A stretch of 64,000 nucleotides of DNA, taken from Nitrosopumilus sp. Lineage in GTDB: Archaea; Thermoproteota; Nitrososphaeria; Nitrososphaerales; Nitrosopumilaceae. The translations under genes and the position numbers were made by a program. Shown one piece after another: positions 19,275 to 30,106 of the stretch. The DNA is taken from NCBI GenBank assembly GCA_965214775.1, contig OZ243974.1, positions 1,568,001-1,632,000 on the forward strand. The letters are read 5' to 3'. Each line of letters starts with the position of its first letter. Positions within the stretch are counted from its first letter, which is position 1. The notes below the pieces were generated by a model. The model saw only the letters and a program-made list of their open reading frames with translations. It ran no database searches and was not told where the DNA came from.

Positions 19275-20819
19275 AGATCTTATGCGTAATCGACCGGATC
19301 AAAATATTCCGACTGTGGGTCGGCCATACATGCAAAGATGACGGCATCACACAACGTGCACAAGGGCGACACAGTCCGCGTACAGTGCAGCTACGGATCA
19401 TTCCATCTGAGAAAAACTGCAGTGTCGTGCGGTATCGTGTGGCGCCGCAATGCGCTCCGTATCGCGGGATCAGAACCCAAGCCCGGGCTTCTTGCGCCGC
19501 CTGTCCCACAGTATCTTAAAGTTGACAAGCCCGGTGATCACATCCAGCTCCCGGTCAAACTCCCCGGCAGTCCCGTCATACGGGATGCACATCAGCCTGT
19601 ACTGCCTGATGTGACCTGTGGCGTGCTCCACTATGATCCTCCTGCCGCTTATCCTCTTGTTCTGTGCGCGTTGCTTCCTCGTAAGCTTGCCGCCCTTGGG
19701 CTTTTTGTGGGGTTGCTTGAGTATAACGCCGGGATACACCTTCTTGATTCCAAGATATCCCAGATCCGTGAGCAGTTTTACCATCTGGCCCCTGGTATGC
19801 CTTTTGTTGCTGCGCATCCTGGCAGACAGCAGTCCAAGATCCGGGAGATTGTCCTTTATCATGCTGATGTCGTGCGTGCTTCCGGGAGCCGATGCGCTCT
19901 TGTGTATGAGCAGGCCGTCATTGGCAGTCATCATCTGGACGTTGCGCGTAAAGCTCTTCTTCTTGCCCGAGTACGCCTCCTTTCTTGAATCCTTGTTTGA
20001 GGGGCGCCGTATGTCCATGTGCGTGCCGTCGACCATCACGATCAGGTTGGGGACTATTCTCTTGATCTCCTCGATCGTACGGGCGTTTCGTATCCTTTTT
20101 TCGACCTTGGATGCAGTTGGCAGTATCTCGGCAAATATCGTGTTGGCAAACCTGAGGTACCTGCATACCGTGCTCTGGTCTATCCCAAAGAATGCGGCAA
20201 GCTGCTCCTGTGTCGGGGCCCCTGTCTTGCGCATCAGCGACAGCAGTATGGCGTAGCGGTATGGCAGCTTGCATCTGTTGCCGGGAACCTCGTCCCCGTC
20301 CTCTGAAAACAGGGGGAGCTCGGGGTGCTTTCGGGCCTGTCTTATGAACCGGTCGGATATGCAGTCAAACTGGGCGCGGTCCACGGATGTCGTGGCACGC
20401 AACAGCTTGCCACCGATTATGTCCTCGAGTACCTCGCGCCTGTGAAAGAACACGGCGTTCTCTGTTGTGCGCCTGTTGTCATCCTGGGAGGTGGGCCACA
20501 TCTTGCGTTCGGTGTCTGCCTGCCGGCTCACCTGCTTTATCTTCTTCTGATCCTTCTCATGCATTTTCTTGTACTGCGTATTCTCCATCTTGTACTGTAT
20601 GAGATTCATTTTCAGCTGTCGTATTGTCTGGGTCTTGGATTCTGCCATACCGCTACTGCGGGAATGAATCCCGGATCTAACTCAACCGACTGAAAATAGT
20701 TGCGTATTTGATCAAATATGTTGGACACCGCGGCGCCTCACGGTACCGCTTGCCGGCTTGACATGCATGATCGGCTCTCAAAGATAATATTTCGATCCTG
20801 ACGATTACGCATAAGGTCT
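19275..20819 (-). mobile_element. IS5-family (DDE_Tnp_4-type) insertion sequence, copy A
   Basis: TIRs AGATCTTATGCGTAATCG / CGATTACGCATAAGGTCT. Confidence 0.88.
19470..20648 (-). CDS. IS5-family transposase
   Basis: VDGT, YSGKKK, GSTHD, DLGYLG, RIIVEH. Confidence 0.9.
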   Translation of the reverse strand: MAESKTQTIRQLKMNLIQYKMENTQYKKMHEKDQKKIKQVSRQADTERKMWPTSQDDNRRTTENAVFFHRREVLEDIIGGKLLRATTSVDRAQFDCISDRFIRQARKHPELPLFSEDGDEVPGNRCKLPYRYAILLSLMRKTGAPTQEQLAAFFGIDQSTVCRYLRFANTIFAEILPTASKVEKRIRNARTIEEIKRIVPNLIVMVDGTHMDIRRPSNKDSRKEAYSGKKKSFTRNVQMMTANDGLLIHKSASAPGSTHDISMIKDNLPDLGLLSARMRSNKRHTRGQMVKLLTDLGYLGIKKVYPGVILKQPHKKPKGGKLTRKQRAQNKRISGRRIIVEHATGHIRQYRLMCIPYDGTAGEFDRELDVITGLVNFKILWDRRRKKPGLGF

Positions 20820-21042
20820 AATCTAAAAAATGGTAATAATGAAAAACTTTCAGAATGATGAAATAACGACATTAGAAGTCATTCATAAACATCCAAGCTG
20901 GGGTGTAGTTGCTTCTGAATAATTTAGAACGGTGCATTTGTGAATGACTTCTATATTACAAGAGGGGCAAAGGATTTCAAAAACACTGTGAAAGTGTTAG
21001 AAACAATTTTGATAAAATAAAAAATTGAAAATAAAAGAATGT

Positions 21043-21411
21043 TTAGGAGTTTATTGTGTTCTCAATAATCTCCTGTCTTTCGGTTTTTTCTGGATAACTT
21101 TGGAAGGAGTGCGCCTGTGCTATCGCTAAAGCAAATTGTTGCAGCAATCTTAACTCTTGTGCGTCAGAATTCCAACGGTACATCATGGTTTTTCCAATTG
21201 TGCGCTGATTTGTTAGGAAACCCATTTTCTCTAAATTGTCTATTTCTTTGGATGCAGTCTGTATCGATATCTTTGCTTTGTCTGATACTTCAGCCAGTGA
21301 ATAATCAAGATCCCGATGATCCAAAAAGAAATCAATCACTTTTGCTGTAGAACCATTTTGGAAGATTCTTGTCAAGACACCATTTTGCTCTTCTGGAGGC
21401 GTGACTGGCAT
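21043..21411 (-). CDS. Winged-helix transcriptional regulator
   Basis: KVIDFFL..DYSLAEVSDKAKISIQTASKEIDNLEKMGFL..RTIG. Confidence 0.75.
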   Translation of the reverse strand: MPVTPPEEQNGVLTRIFQNGSTAKVIDFFLDHRDLDYSLAEVSDKAKISIQTASKEIDNLEKMGFLTNQRTIGKTMMYRWNSDAQELRLLQQFALAIAQAHSFQSYPEKTERQEIIENTINS

Positions 21412-21545
21412 GAGAATGCTGAAAGATCCCCCTATATGATATTTACTTATGAAATAGTTGACATATAGGATAATCTTAGTTGTTTCAACTGAAAAAATAT
21501 CAAATATATCATAAGTTTTTATAAGATGACGATAAACCCCACTTA

Positions 21546-22337
21546 ATGAACAAATATGGAAAGATTATACTTGAAAATCTCCTAAAGTCTGGCTATGCCT
21601 TAGACCAAAGAGAATTTCTAGATACTATCCCCTCCAGAGACCGACATCATATGCTAGATGCAATTGCACGTTTAGAATCCGATTTACTGGTTACAAGAGA
21701 TTGCTCTGAAGACGAAATTACAATTGTGTTGCCCCAAAATAAAATTCCCGAGGCATTCAACATTGTAAGTTCAATCAAATTTGATGAGCAGGTTTTATCA
21801 CCAATTGAGGAACTAATTCCTAAAAAATACAGTAGACCATTTTTGAGATCCAAGGGAGAGAAAAAGATTCACGGGAAAGTTTCCACTTATGCCTTTTGTA
21901 ATACTTACACAGATTCATATGATGTAACTTGTTTTGTAATTAATCACAAAGGAGACATGCATTCCATACATCTAGGAAGTGTGCATGATCCATCATCAAT
22001 GATTTCTGCATTCATAAAAGAAATTGATGCAAAATTCAAAAATGTATTATTTACAAGAGAGGATCTAAAAACAAGTCTACCAAAAAAGTTAATTCAGAAT
22101 AACCAGCCAACAAAAGCAGCTGTTGAATATCTATGTCATGAAAAATTCCTTATTCGACATGACTACACATCAAACAGATGCTCAAAGTTTGAACGAACAG
22201 GGAAGGTACATCCAATTACAACTATTGAAGAAACGATTGCAGCAAGTCACGACATCACAAAACCAATCACCATGACAATGGAAGGTGCTAAATATGCTTA
22301 TCACGAAGAGGACGGACTTTATCCTGTTCTAGACTAG
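21546..22337 (+). CDS. Hypothetical protein, possible wHTH domains
   Basis: 263-aa AT-rich ORF with upstream TTTTTATA; divergent from the wHTH gene. Confidence 0.65.
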   Translation: MNKYGKIILENLLKSGYALDQREFLDTIPSRDRHHMLDAIARLESDLLVTRDCSEDEITIVLPQNKIPEAFNIVSSIKFDEQVLSPIEELIPKKYSRPFLRSKGEKKIHGKVSTYAFCNTYTDSYDVTCFVINHKGDMHSIHLGSVHDPSSMISAFIKEIDAKFKNVLFTREDLKTSLPKKLIQNNQPTKAAVEYLCHEKFLIRHDYTSNRCSKFERTGKVHPITTIEETIAASHDITKPITMTMEGAKYAYHEEDGLYPVLD

Positions 22338-22547
22338 ATATTATGCGTAATGACGCATTCAATGATCGGTTGAAAATACAAAGTAAAGAATGTGAAAATG
22401 CACATATTGAAAACTCCAGTATAAAACATCTGAGGGCCATGATTGAGACAATTATAGGAGCCGTTGGTAGAATTATTTCTTGGCTTCATAGTGGCAATTG
22501 AAAGTCTTTGATCATCAAAAAGCATCTTACTGTGTAATTCATACCCA

Positions 22548-22626
22548 TGAACCTCATGTGTAATCGGCACAGACCAAAAAATCAGGCGGCTTTTACGTCA
22601 TTTTGGCAGACACGGATAAAGGTCTA
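22548..22626. mobile_element. Second, decayed and inverted copy of the 80-bp MITE
   Basis: Reverse complement aligns along its length to 10003-10082 (GCCAAAATGACGTAAAAGC..). Confidence 0.75.
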
Positions 22627-22637
22627 TTAAAGAAATT

Positions 22638-24226
22638 AGACTTTATGCGTAATCGCCCGGATCGAAATATCCTGTTTGCAAGCTGATCATGCATCAGGCT
22701 GGCAGGCAGCGCCTCGCATTGTCCAAAATATTTGATCAAAACTGCGACTATTTTCAGTCGGTTGATTTAGATCCGGGATCCATCCTCGAACAGGAGTGAT
22801 GGCAAAATCCGAGACCGTGCTTATACGGCAACTGAGCAAAGAGAATGAGCAGTACAGGCAAATGTACGAGCAGGAGAAGATGCAGTACAAGAGGGAGGCC
22901 AAGCAGCAAGGGAGGGAGAATGCACAGTACAGGCAAATGTACGAGCAGGCCCAGGACAAGATAGGGCAGTTAAACCAGAGGCTGGACTTTGAGCGCGGGT
23001 TCTGGCCTGTAACATGGAATGACAAAAGGCGTACCGCAGAGAACGTCGCGTTCATGCACAGGCTCGAGGTGCTCGAGGACATAATCGGCGGCCGATCCCT
23101 GCAGGCCACCACGTCCCTGAACCTGCGTCAGTTTGAATATATATTAAACCTGTATATGGAGAAGGCCAAAAAGCATACAGAATGCCCCCTGTTTTCTGAG
23201 GACGAGGACGACGGGCCCGGAAACCGGTGCAAGCTGTCCTACAGACACGCCTTCCTGCTGGCCCTGATGCGCAAGCGCGGAAACCTCATCCAGGAGCAGC
23301 TGGCGGCATTCTTTGGCATAGACCAGAGCACCGTATGCAGGTACATCAAGTTTTCTGACATCATATTCCTTGAGATACTGCCCACGCCGTATAAAATATC
23401 GCAGAAGATACGAAACACATGCACCATAGAGGATCTGATGAAGATCGTCCCCGACCTGACCGTAGCCGTCGACGGCACGCACATAGACATACAGCGCCCC
23501 ACAGACAGGGAGCCAAGAAAGGAGGCGTACTCTGGCAAGAAGAAGAGCTTTACGCGCAACGTCCAGGTAATGACCAACAAGGACAGGCTGATAATATACG
23601 CAAGCAAGTCGGCTCCGGGAAGCGCGCACGACCTCACCATGATAAGGGACAACCCCCCGGAGCTGGGAATCCTGACTGCCAGGATGCGCAGCAACAGGAA
23701 GCATCCCGATGACGAGAAGGTAAAACTGTTATCGGATCTTGGGTACCTTGGAATCAAAAAAATGTACCCAGGGGTCATATCCATGCAGCCCCACAAGAAA
23801 CCAAAGGGGGACAAGCTTACAAAGAAACAGCGCGCACAGAACAGGAGGACAAGTAGCGAGAGGGTGACAGTCGAGCATGCCATATGGCTGGTAAAACAGT
23901 ACAAGCGGATGCGCGACCCGTACGACGGGACGGCCGAGGAGTTTGACCGGGAGTTCCAGGTGACAGCCGGGCTTGCCAACTTTAGGACGCTGTGGGACAA
24001 GCGGGACAAGAAGCTCAGGCTTGGGTTCTGATATTACGACGCGGAGCGCATTGCGGCGCCACACGATGCCGCACGATACTACAGTTTTTGTCAGCTAGAC
24101 GGGCTCATGACATGCGGTGCGGTGTCCTCTGCCGCCTTTGCACATGCCGTATGACGCTGCCGGTTCTGCATGCATGGTCAGCTTGCAAACGTAATATTTC
24201 GATCCAGTCGATTACGCATAAGGTCT
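22638..24226 (+). mobile_element. IS5-family insertion sequence, copy B (diverged paralogue of A)
   Basis: TIRs AGACTTTATGCGTAATCG / CGATTACGCATAAGGTCT with ATT 3-bp duplication. Confidence 0.9.
22796..24031 (+). CDS. IS5-family transposase
   Basis: VDGT, YSGKKK, GSAHD, DLGYLG, RVTVEH. Confidence 0.9.
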   Translation: MMAKSETVLIRQLSKENEQYRQMYEQEKMQYKREAKQQGRENAQYRQMYEQAQDKIGQLNQRLDFERGFWPVTWNDKRRTAENVAFMHRLEVLEDIIGGRSLQATTSLNLRQFEYILNLYMEKAKKHTECPLFSEDEDDGPGNRCKLSYRHAFLLALMRKRGNLIQEQLAAFFGIDQSTVCRYIKFSDIIFLEILPTPYKISQKIRNTCTIEDLMKIVPDLTVAVDGTHIDIQRPTDREPRKEAYSGKKKSFTRNVQVMTNKDRLIIYASKSAPGSAHDLTMIRDNPPELGILTARMRSNRKHPDDEKVKLLSDLGYLGIKKMYPGVISMQPHKKPKGDKLTKKQRAQNRRTSSERVTVEHAIWLVKQYKRMRDPYDGTAEEFDREFQVTAGLANFRTLWDKRDKKLRLGF

Positions 24227-24227
24227 A

Positions 24228-26456
24228 TTACGAAAAAAGAGTCTTTTCTATCGCCTCTCTTACGGAACTACTTAATGGTTCCTTTGCATGGGGATTTTCG
24301 AAGATCTTCCCTTCTGTCCCATATGACAAATCGTCATAAAGACGTGTTTTATAGCATACAACTGCACTGATCAAATCAGCCTCCGGTTCTAATCCGTGTA
24401 TCGACTCTTTCTCGTCTCTATGAGCATACGAGCCCACCACCTCGGCTTTTTCCTTATCAAAATACACCGTCGATTTTAAGGTTCCAAACAAATAGTCCTC
24501 TACAAAGTCATAATTTACTTCGGATCTTCCTATGTCAACTGCTACAATGACAGGCTGGCCTGTGAAGCCAAGTCCTTTTAGCTGATCCTTAAATTTATCA
24601 TAAATTTTGTCCTTAATTCTATTTGGAATCCCTCTGGCACCCCGGAGCTTTTCTAAAGGCTTGAACATATCTGGGCTGATAATTTCCACATAAACAGATT
24701 GTGTATCAATCTCGATTTTTACATCCAGTTTTTTTGAATCAACTTTGGGCTCAATCTCAACCTCGTATGAAGACAAGAACGGTGCCACAAAATCAATCTC
24801 ACTAAGGGTTGCATCAAATTGAGGCTCGTTTTTTAGCTTTTTAGAATATCTTGTGCTGAAACCAGCATCTTTCAAAGCCTTTATGCTTTGATCAAGTTTG
24901 CATAGAAAGAGGAACGTACTCATGAGGCTTTTTAGTCGTAATACGTCGCCGGATATATCTCGATCAGTCTGTGCTTTTTTTATTGAATTGACTAGTTCAT
25001 CAAATCTTTTTCTTGAAGGCAATCCACATTCCAACATTTTCAGAATTAGGTGAGTACGGTTGTTTTCATTTTGTTTTTGCTCAAACCAAGGAATTCCAAG
25101 CAAATCTCTAATGTTAGAAAACTCATCTAGGTTTTGAAATATAACGTTATAATTAAGAGGTTTTGAACAATATTTTATTCTGTCAATGATGTCTGCGCAC
25201 TGCAGAATCTCATCAGATTCGTCTTTAGTTAGCGCAGCAATGTCAATTCCTCGATCTTTAGCAAGATTGGCAAGGAAGTCAAATAGCTTTGAAGTTAATT
25301 CAGGATCAGTATCCTTGCCATATGTTTCAGAAATTACTTCAAGTAATATATCCAGGCCTTTATTTACAAATTTTGGATCAGAATTAATTAATCGGAATGC
25401 TGGTTCAAGAATGGCTTTCTTGTCTGTTTTAGACACCAGATCCTTGATCATAATTGGAATGTGAAAGCTTAATCGAGAGTTATGCTCTGTCCTAATCCAG
25501 TCCAAAATTATTGTAAGGGCACTTGCCGCGTTTGTTTTACCCAATTCTCCCAACACATATCCCATATCTTCAAAATCATACCCATCTCTGATTGTATATT
25601 TTGCAAGAATTTCAAGCACCTTGTTGGGATATTTTTTAACAAAGCATGCTAGTGCGAAAAGCACATTTCTTTTCACGTTAATGTCGGACTCTTGGGAACA
25701 AATCTCCAAAAAGTGAAGATCGGTTTCCTCATCAAATGGAGAGCGTATCCAGATTCTATAAGCCAACCGGAATTTACATTCGGTGTGACCTCTTGCAAGG
25801 TTTTCAATTATTTTTTTACTTTTTTCTACATCCTTGTCGTAAAAGTCTAGGAATGCTTCCATGGACTCTAATTTTACCTTCATAAAATCAGATTTTGAGG
25901 TTTGTTCAAAAATGGTGAAGATTTTTTCTTTGTCACTCATCTCTGAGTCTTTGTAAGCTATGCGTAGAGCTTTTATTGCAGCAACCTGTTGACGAGGATT
26001 TTCGGAGTGTAGTGATTCTGTTATCAGAGCATTGCTTTCTTCTACTAATTCATGGAACGCTCCTCCTATCAGGAAGCTAGAACATTCAGGACTGCTTGAT
26101 TCAAGCAATTTGCTGGCAATCTTCATGGCTAATCTGGGATTTGATTTTCCAATAGCTGTAAGGGAATCAATGAATGGACCCTGAGCCAAGTCGTCTTTTA
26201 TTTTGTCTATTACGAGCTCAATTATTTCAATAAATTCCTCATCATCCGAAGCTAAATCTTGTATGACATTAGAGACAACATAAAGAAATCTAAAAATATT
26301 TTCTTTAATTAAATACTTGATTAATTCGTATAATTCTTGTCTGTTTAACTCGATGTTTTTTTCGGCAAGATAATCGGTTAGTTTTTTAGATTTCCAATAA
26401 TCCCATTCTTGGTCTTCAATTTGCTTTTTAATGTATTTTATTTGACTTTCATCCAT
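24228..26456 (-). CDS. HEAT/ARM-repeat protein with putative C-terminal PD-(D/E)XK-like domain
   Basis: Helical repeats (SENPRQQVAAIKAL, ESDINVKRNVLFAL); C-terminal EIEPKVDSKKLDVKI..YVEII; start chosen at MDESQ. Confidence 0.6.
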   Translation of the reverse strand: MDESQIKYIKKQIEDQEWDYWKSKKLTDYLAEKNIELNRQELYELIKYLIKENIFRFLYVVSNVIQDLASDDEEFIEIIELVIDKIKDDLAQGPFIDSLTAIGKSNPRLAMKIASKLLESSSPECSSFLIGGAFHELVEESNALITESLHSENPRQQVAAIKALRIAYKDSEMSDKEKIFTIFEQTSKSDFMKVKLESMEAFLDFYDKDVEKSKKIIENLARGHTECKFRLAYRIWIRSPFDEETDLHFLEICSQESDINVKRNVLFALACFVKKYPNKVLEILAKYTIRDGYDFEDMGYVLGELGKTNAASALTIILDWIRTEHNSRLSFHIPIMIKDLVSKTDKKAILEPAFRLINSDPKFVNKGLDILLEVISETYGKDTDPELTSKLFDFLANLAKDRGIDIAALTKDESDEILQCADIIDRIKYCSKPLNYNVIFQNLDEFSNIRDLLGIPWFEQKQNENNRTHLILKMLECGLPSRKRFDELVNSIKKAQTDRDISGDVLRLKSLMSTFLFLCKLDQSIKALKDAGFSTRYSKKLKNEPQFDATLSEIDFVAPFLSSYEVEIEPKVDSKKLDVKIEIDTQSVYVEIISPDMFKPLEKLRGARGIPNRIKDKIYDKFKDQLKGLGFTGQPVIVAVDIGRSEVNYDFVEDYLFGTLKSTVYFDKEKAEVVGSYAHRDEKESIHGLEPEADLISAVVCYKTRLYDDLSYGTEGKIFENPHAKEPLSSSVREAIEKTLFS

Positions 26457-27132
26457 CTTTCTTATCCCCATTATTGTTGGAATATAAAAAAACTTCACTG
26501 TCATTTAAATCGAATGAGATTTTCAGTCGATTTCGTGTATCTGTATATCTTGGTATCTGAATAATTTGTCCAGAATTCATAAATGCAGATACGTCAAACC
26601 CAAATCTTTCCAGATTGCCTACTGACAATACAGTTTCTGCGACATCGCTAATAGATGCAAGTAAACGCTTAGCTACAGCTTCGCATGGTAAGCGGTTGAA
26701 ATTAATATTTCTGACCAGGTGTTTTGTGATTAACTCTGCGTTAGGATCTCCAATAGTTAAAAATCCTGAATCATTCCCATATGAAGAAAATTTATCTCCT
26801 GAAATACGGATCGTTTTAAGTTCAAAGTTGCAGCCGTCTTTAATGACTAAAAATCCTTCAACGTGCCTTGGTTCTTGGAATTCTGCATATGTAGCTTTAA
26901 CAAAGTCTTGTACTGTTGGAATTATGTTAATGGAATCTACATTTTTGGTTGCTAGGGAGGCAAAAAGAGCTTTAGCACTTGTTCCATTTCCTGCCAGAGT
27001 TAGAAAAAATTCTTCGTTTCTTGGTAAATAGTATTTTTGGACTTCATTTCCTTGTACTGTATTGTCACTTTCTTTTCTGTCAGATATAATTACAAACCCA
27101 TCGTTTCCTCTTGCAAAAATAAGTAACGTCAA
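26449..27132 (-). CDS. Proteasome-beta/HslV-like Ntn-hydrolase fold protein
   Basis: N-terminus M-TLLIFARGNDGFVIISDRK matches the Thr1..DGVV..D-R/K pattern; TLAG; TIGD. Confidence 0.6.
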   Translation of the reverse strand: MTLLIFARGNDGFVIISDRKESDNTVQGNEVQKYYLPRNEEFFLTLAGNGTSAKALFASLATKNVDSINIIPTVQDFVKATYAEFQEPRHVEGFLVIKDGCNFELKTIRISGDKFSSYGNDSGFLTIGDPNAELITKHLVRNINFNRLPCEAVAKRLLASISDVAETVLSVGNLERFGFDVSAFMNSGQIIQIPRYTDTRNRLKISFDLNDSEVFLYSNNNGDKKDG

Positions 27133-27222
27133 TGAAGTCTGTTAATATATCGAAATAAATGTATGATCTTGGTGTTGTGTTGCGATTTTTGCAAGCTTTT
27201 TGAGCTCGTCCTTTGTCAGAGC

Positions 27223-27338
27223 GTAACAGGTAGCCCCTGTCTAGAATTGGAGTTGCGTCCCTTGCCGGTCAGGCATGAAAATCATAACTGCAGGCAGTTT
27301 GTGCCTGATTGCTGCCTAGGCAGGGGCTAACCTATCAC
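27223..27338. mobile_element. 116-bp MITE with GTGATAGGTTAGCCCCTGCCTAG-type TIRs
   Basis: Imperfect TIRs and a perfect 8-bp target duplication GTCAGAGC (27215-27222, 27339-27346); homologous to 59571-59684 in inverted orientation. Confidence 0.85.
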
Positions 27339-28810
27339 GTCAGAGCCGGTCGAAACAGGATGCAGTGCACACAGTTGAGAATCAAACATTTTTGTGCCAA
27401 AATAGATACAATATGTCAAAATTATATTCCAATTTTTGATGTGTGTGTTACGGCATCTTCCTGATTTATTCCATCTTCAGCCAGACAAGCCGGAGAATAT
27501 GTGGGCCTTGTCTTTGGGAATAGCACTAATCATCCCGTCCTCGCAGCACCCTCAAGACATCCCACTGGAGGCCATACCGTCTCTGGACGCTGTCCCCATT
27601 CCTAGGCCGTAATGACTAGTGTGGGTGAAAAAGTTCATTTCTCCAACATATCGTCAGGCTTGCTCATCAGATAAACACACGGTATTAACATCACGGGCCA
27701 CACACCATTACACCCAACAGATCCCCCCCACTTCAGATGTCCAGAGTCCAGCAGATATTTTGCACCTTTCCCTCATCTTGGAAATACAGGCATGCAGAAA
27801 AAATAACGAAATTCAAAATCTCAAAAGCCATTCTCGTTAGAATCCAAAGATATCACTAAAAAAACATGATGGAAACATTCAAGTCAGATTATTTTTTCAT
27901 GGTTCGATAGCAACGGTCACAAGTAATTGAGGTCTTTCACGGGCAATCTGACCGTGTTTTGACTCAAAGACTTCTGCGTGTTGCTATAAATCCTTCAAAA
28001 TCTGACTCTGGAAATGACTTTTCAGATATGAAGGCGGATAATCAAACCAAAAGGCCAATTGTAACAGCGAAATTCTGGCGCGTTTTAAGTTAAGAGGTTA
28101 GGAAAGAAACATCTAAAATGGTTGAGTGATTTTACGAATCAAAATCCAGAGCCGACATCATATAATATCGTCAGATTATCATCAGAAAAAATCATGATTG
28201 TGTAAATTTGAGAAGATAGTCTTATCAAATGGGCCGATGATAATCGATGAATGACTAAAAATTCTAGATTTTTGATTGCCAAAAGGTTCAAAAGATTCCG
28301 AGACGTACGGCATATCGTGACAGGATAGAAAGGGAAATAGCCAATACCCTCAGACCATGTTTACAGTCTATCACGCTTCATTGACTCCTGTCATGATTCC
28401 TGACATTCCTCTGGACATGATATCATAATTTTAAAATTAATCATCCGGGGTTAATTGTAATGATTTCAATCCAAGGGGATGATTTTGGCCAGTCGGTTTG
28501 GAGATGGCCGTCTGATTTAATGGAGTCAGGAAATTTTTCACTCAGGTAAGGTTGAGGGACTGGGGCGACTCTGACGTCCCAGAAGGTTGTCGGGGGTCAG
28601 GGATCCACGTCAGGGGGTCCGGGAGTTTTTGGTTTTCAGGCCCCTGAGGGGGCCTGGTGTGTGTGGTGGATGGGAGACCCGGAAGGGTATCCGGAGGAGA
28701 CTTGGCTGGTCGTTTTTGTGTCTGGTGAAGTAATGCGAGAGGTTCGAGGCCGAGTGCCGGAAACTGCGTGCGGGAAAAATAGTGAGAATGTATCTTTTGA
28801 GTGGGGTGAA

Positions 28811-28856
28811 AAGCTACATTTTGTAGAACCAAAAACAGCTAAAAGCTACATTTTGT
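28811..28856. repeat. 32-bp repeat (left part of the array split by IS3)
   Basis: AGAACCAAAAACAGCTAAAAGCTACATTTT recurs at 30111-30140. Confidence 0.85.
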
Positions 28857-28913
28857 TGATCTGGACCCCGTATTTTCGAACCACTTTTTGGGCATTTTTG
28901 CGTAGCTTTGACA

Positions 28914-29750
28914 TCATTTGCCTGCCTCCCTTTGGTGCCGTACGATGAACTCCATCGGAGTGAGATATCCAAGCGAGGAGTGTATTCTATCGTGATTATA
29001 GTCCCTAAATGCCTCCTTTATGACGTCTGAGGCGTCCTGGAAGGAGTCAAACTCAGGGGGCCACAGGTATTCCCTCTTGAGGCTTCCGTGAAACGACTCT
29101 ATGTGGCCGTTTTGCTCTGGCGTCCTGTATGCTATGAGTTCGTGCCTGATTCCCAGCTGTTTTAGGGACTCCCTGAACATGCGCGACGTATACTGAGAAC
29201 CGTTGTCTGTCCGCAGGGTCAGCATGCTGCAGTCCGGATCTGCTGCCGATACCGCATCGAGTACGGCCTGAACCGCATTCTCCTTTTGCGCCGTGGTATC
29301 AAAGGAGTATGCAAGCCATCTGCGCGAAAAGGCATCAAGTACGTTGAAACAGTAGCACCAGCCGTCCCCGCCGCAGTCCACGTATGTAATGTCTGCCTGC
29401 CACAGCCGGTTGGGGGCATCTGGCTTTGTAAGCTTGCGCGAGGCCCGTATTATGTCGTTTTTGGTCTTTTTGGGCTCGATCCAGCCTATCTGGCGGTAGA
29501 TTCGCTGTATCTTTTTGCGGTTTACGCGCACGCCAGTCTCGCGCAATATCTGGTTTGCCATCCTCCGGGTTCCATACGTCGGCCTTTTCTTGCCTATGGT
29601 ACGTATGATTGAGACCGTCCCAGAGTCGGCTTTTCTGGTCCGTCTGTCGACGTCCTTCCTGGCGTAATACCAGGTGCCCTTTGAGACGCCGCAGTATTTC
29701 AGGGCCGTGTTGAGGCCCATCTTCTGGTGGCAGATCTGTACGGCATTCAT
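28914..29750 (-). CDS. IS3 OrfB (rve DDE integrase)
   Basis: YGTRR, WQADITY, RTDNGSQY, PEQNGHIESFH, YNHDRIHSSLGYLTP. Confidence 0.92.
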   Translation of the reverse strand: MNAVQICHQKMGLNTALKYCGVSKGTWYYARKDVDRRTRKADSGTVSIIRTIGKKRPTYGTRRMANQILRETGVRVNRKKIQRIYRQIGWIEPKKTKNDIIRASRKLTKPDAPNRLWQADITYVDCGGDGWCYCFNVLDAFSRRWLAYSFDTTAQKENAVQAVLDAVSAADPDCSMLTLRTDNGSQYTSRMFRESLKQLGIRHELIAYRTPEQNGHIESFHGSLKREYLWPPEFDSFQDASDVIKEAFRDYNHDRIHSSLGYLTPMEFIVRHQREAGK

Positions 29751-30034
29751 CCTTTGCTCAGCTCCATTGTTTTTTTTAAAGCGTCACAGGCCACTGCATA
29801 CTCGCCTATGATGCGTTTGAGATTCTGGTTCTCCTTTTGCAGGGCAGCCGCTACCTTGTCATTCCGGCCCAGGATGGATGCCTTGCCGCCCTCGACGAAC
29901 CTGTCCATCCACCTGCCAAACGTGGTGGGCGCGATGTTGTGCTTGCGGCACAGCTCGGCAGTGCTGATGCTGGTCTTGATGGACTCCATCACTATGTCTG
30001 TCTTTTCGGCCAATGTGAACTTTTGTTTTTTCAT
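29747..30034 (-). CDS. IS3 OrfA (HTH), with A8 -1 frameshift site into OrfB
   Basis: HTH AELCRKHNIAPTTFGRW; TTA AAA AAA ACA (T8 at 29770-29777), whose -1 frame is open into orfB. Confidence 0.88.
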   Translation of the reverse strand: MKKQKFTLAEKTDIVMESIKTSISTAELCRKHNIAPTTFGRWMDRFVEGGKASILGRNDKVAAALQKENQNLKRIIGEYAVACDALKKTMELSKG

Positions 30035-30106
30035 GCCCCGTATGCCCTCCTGTCATATACAAATTCTACGCATTTGGGTGGTTCGAATTTTATGGGGTCC
30101 TCACCA

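Larger units (their letters stand above)
28857..30106 (-). mobile_element. IS3-family insertion sequence
   Basis: TG..GGACCCC..TTCGAACCAC TIRs, TTGT duplication, orfA/orfB arrangement. Confidence 0.92.

Noticed and set aside
1125-28500. dndFGH, pbeABCD, ssp or cas genes
   Set aside because: No helicase, PLD (HKD), additional large ATPase or Cas motifs seen in the ORFs
27340-28540. Hidden gene or ncRNA in the long ORF-poor stretch
   Set aside because: Only short broken frames and no convincing structure; likely decayed cargo
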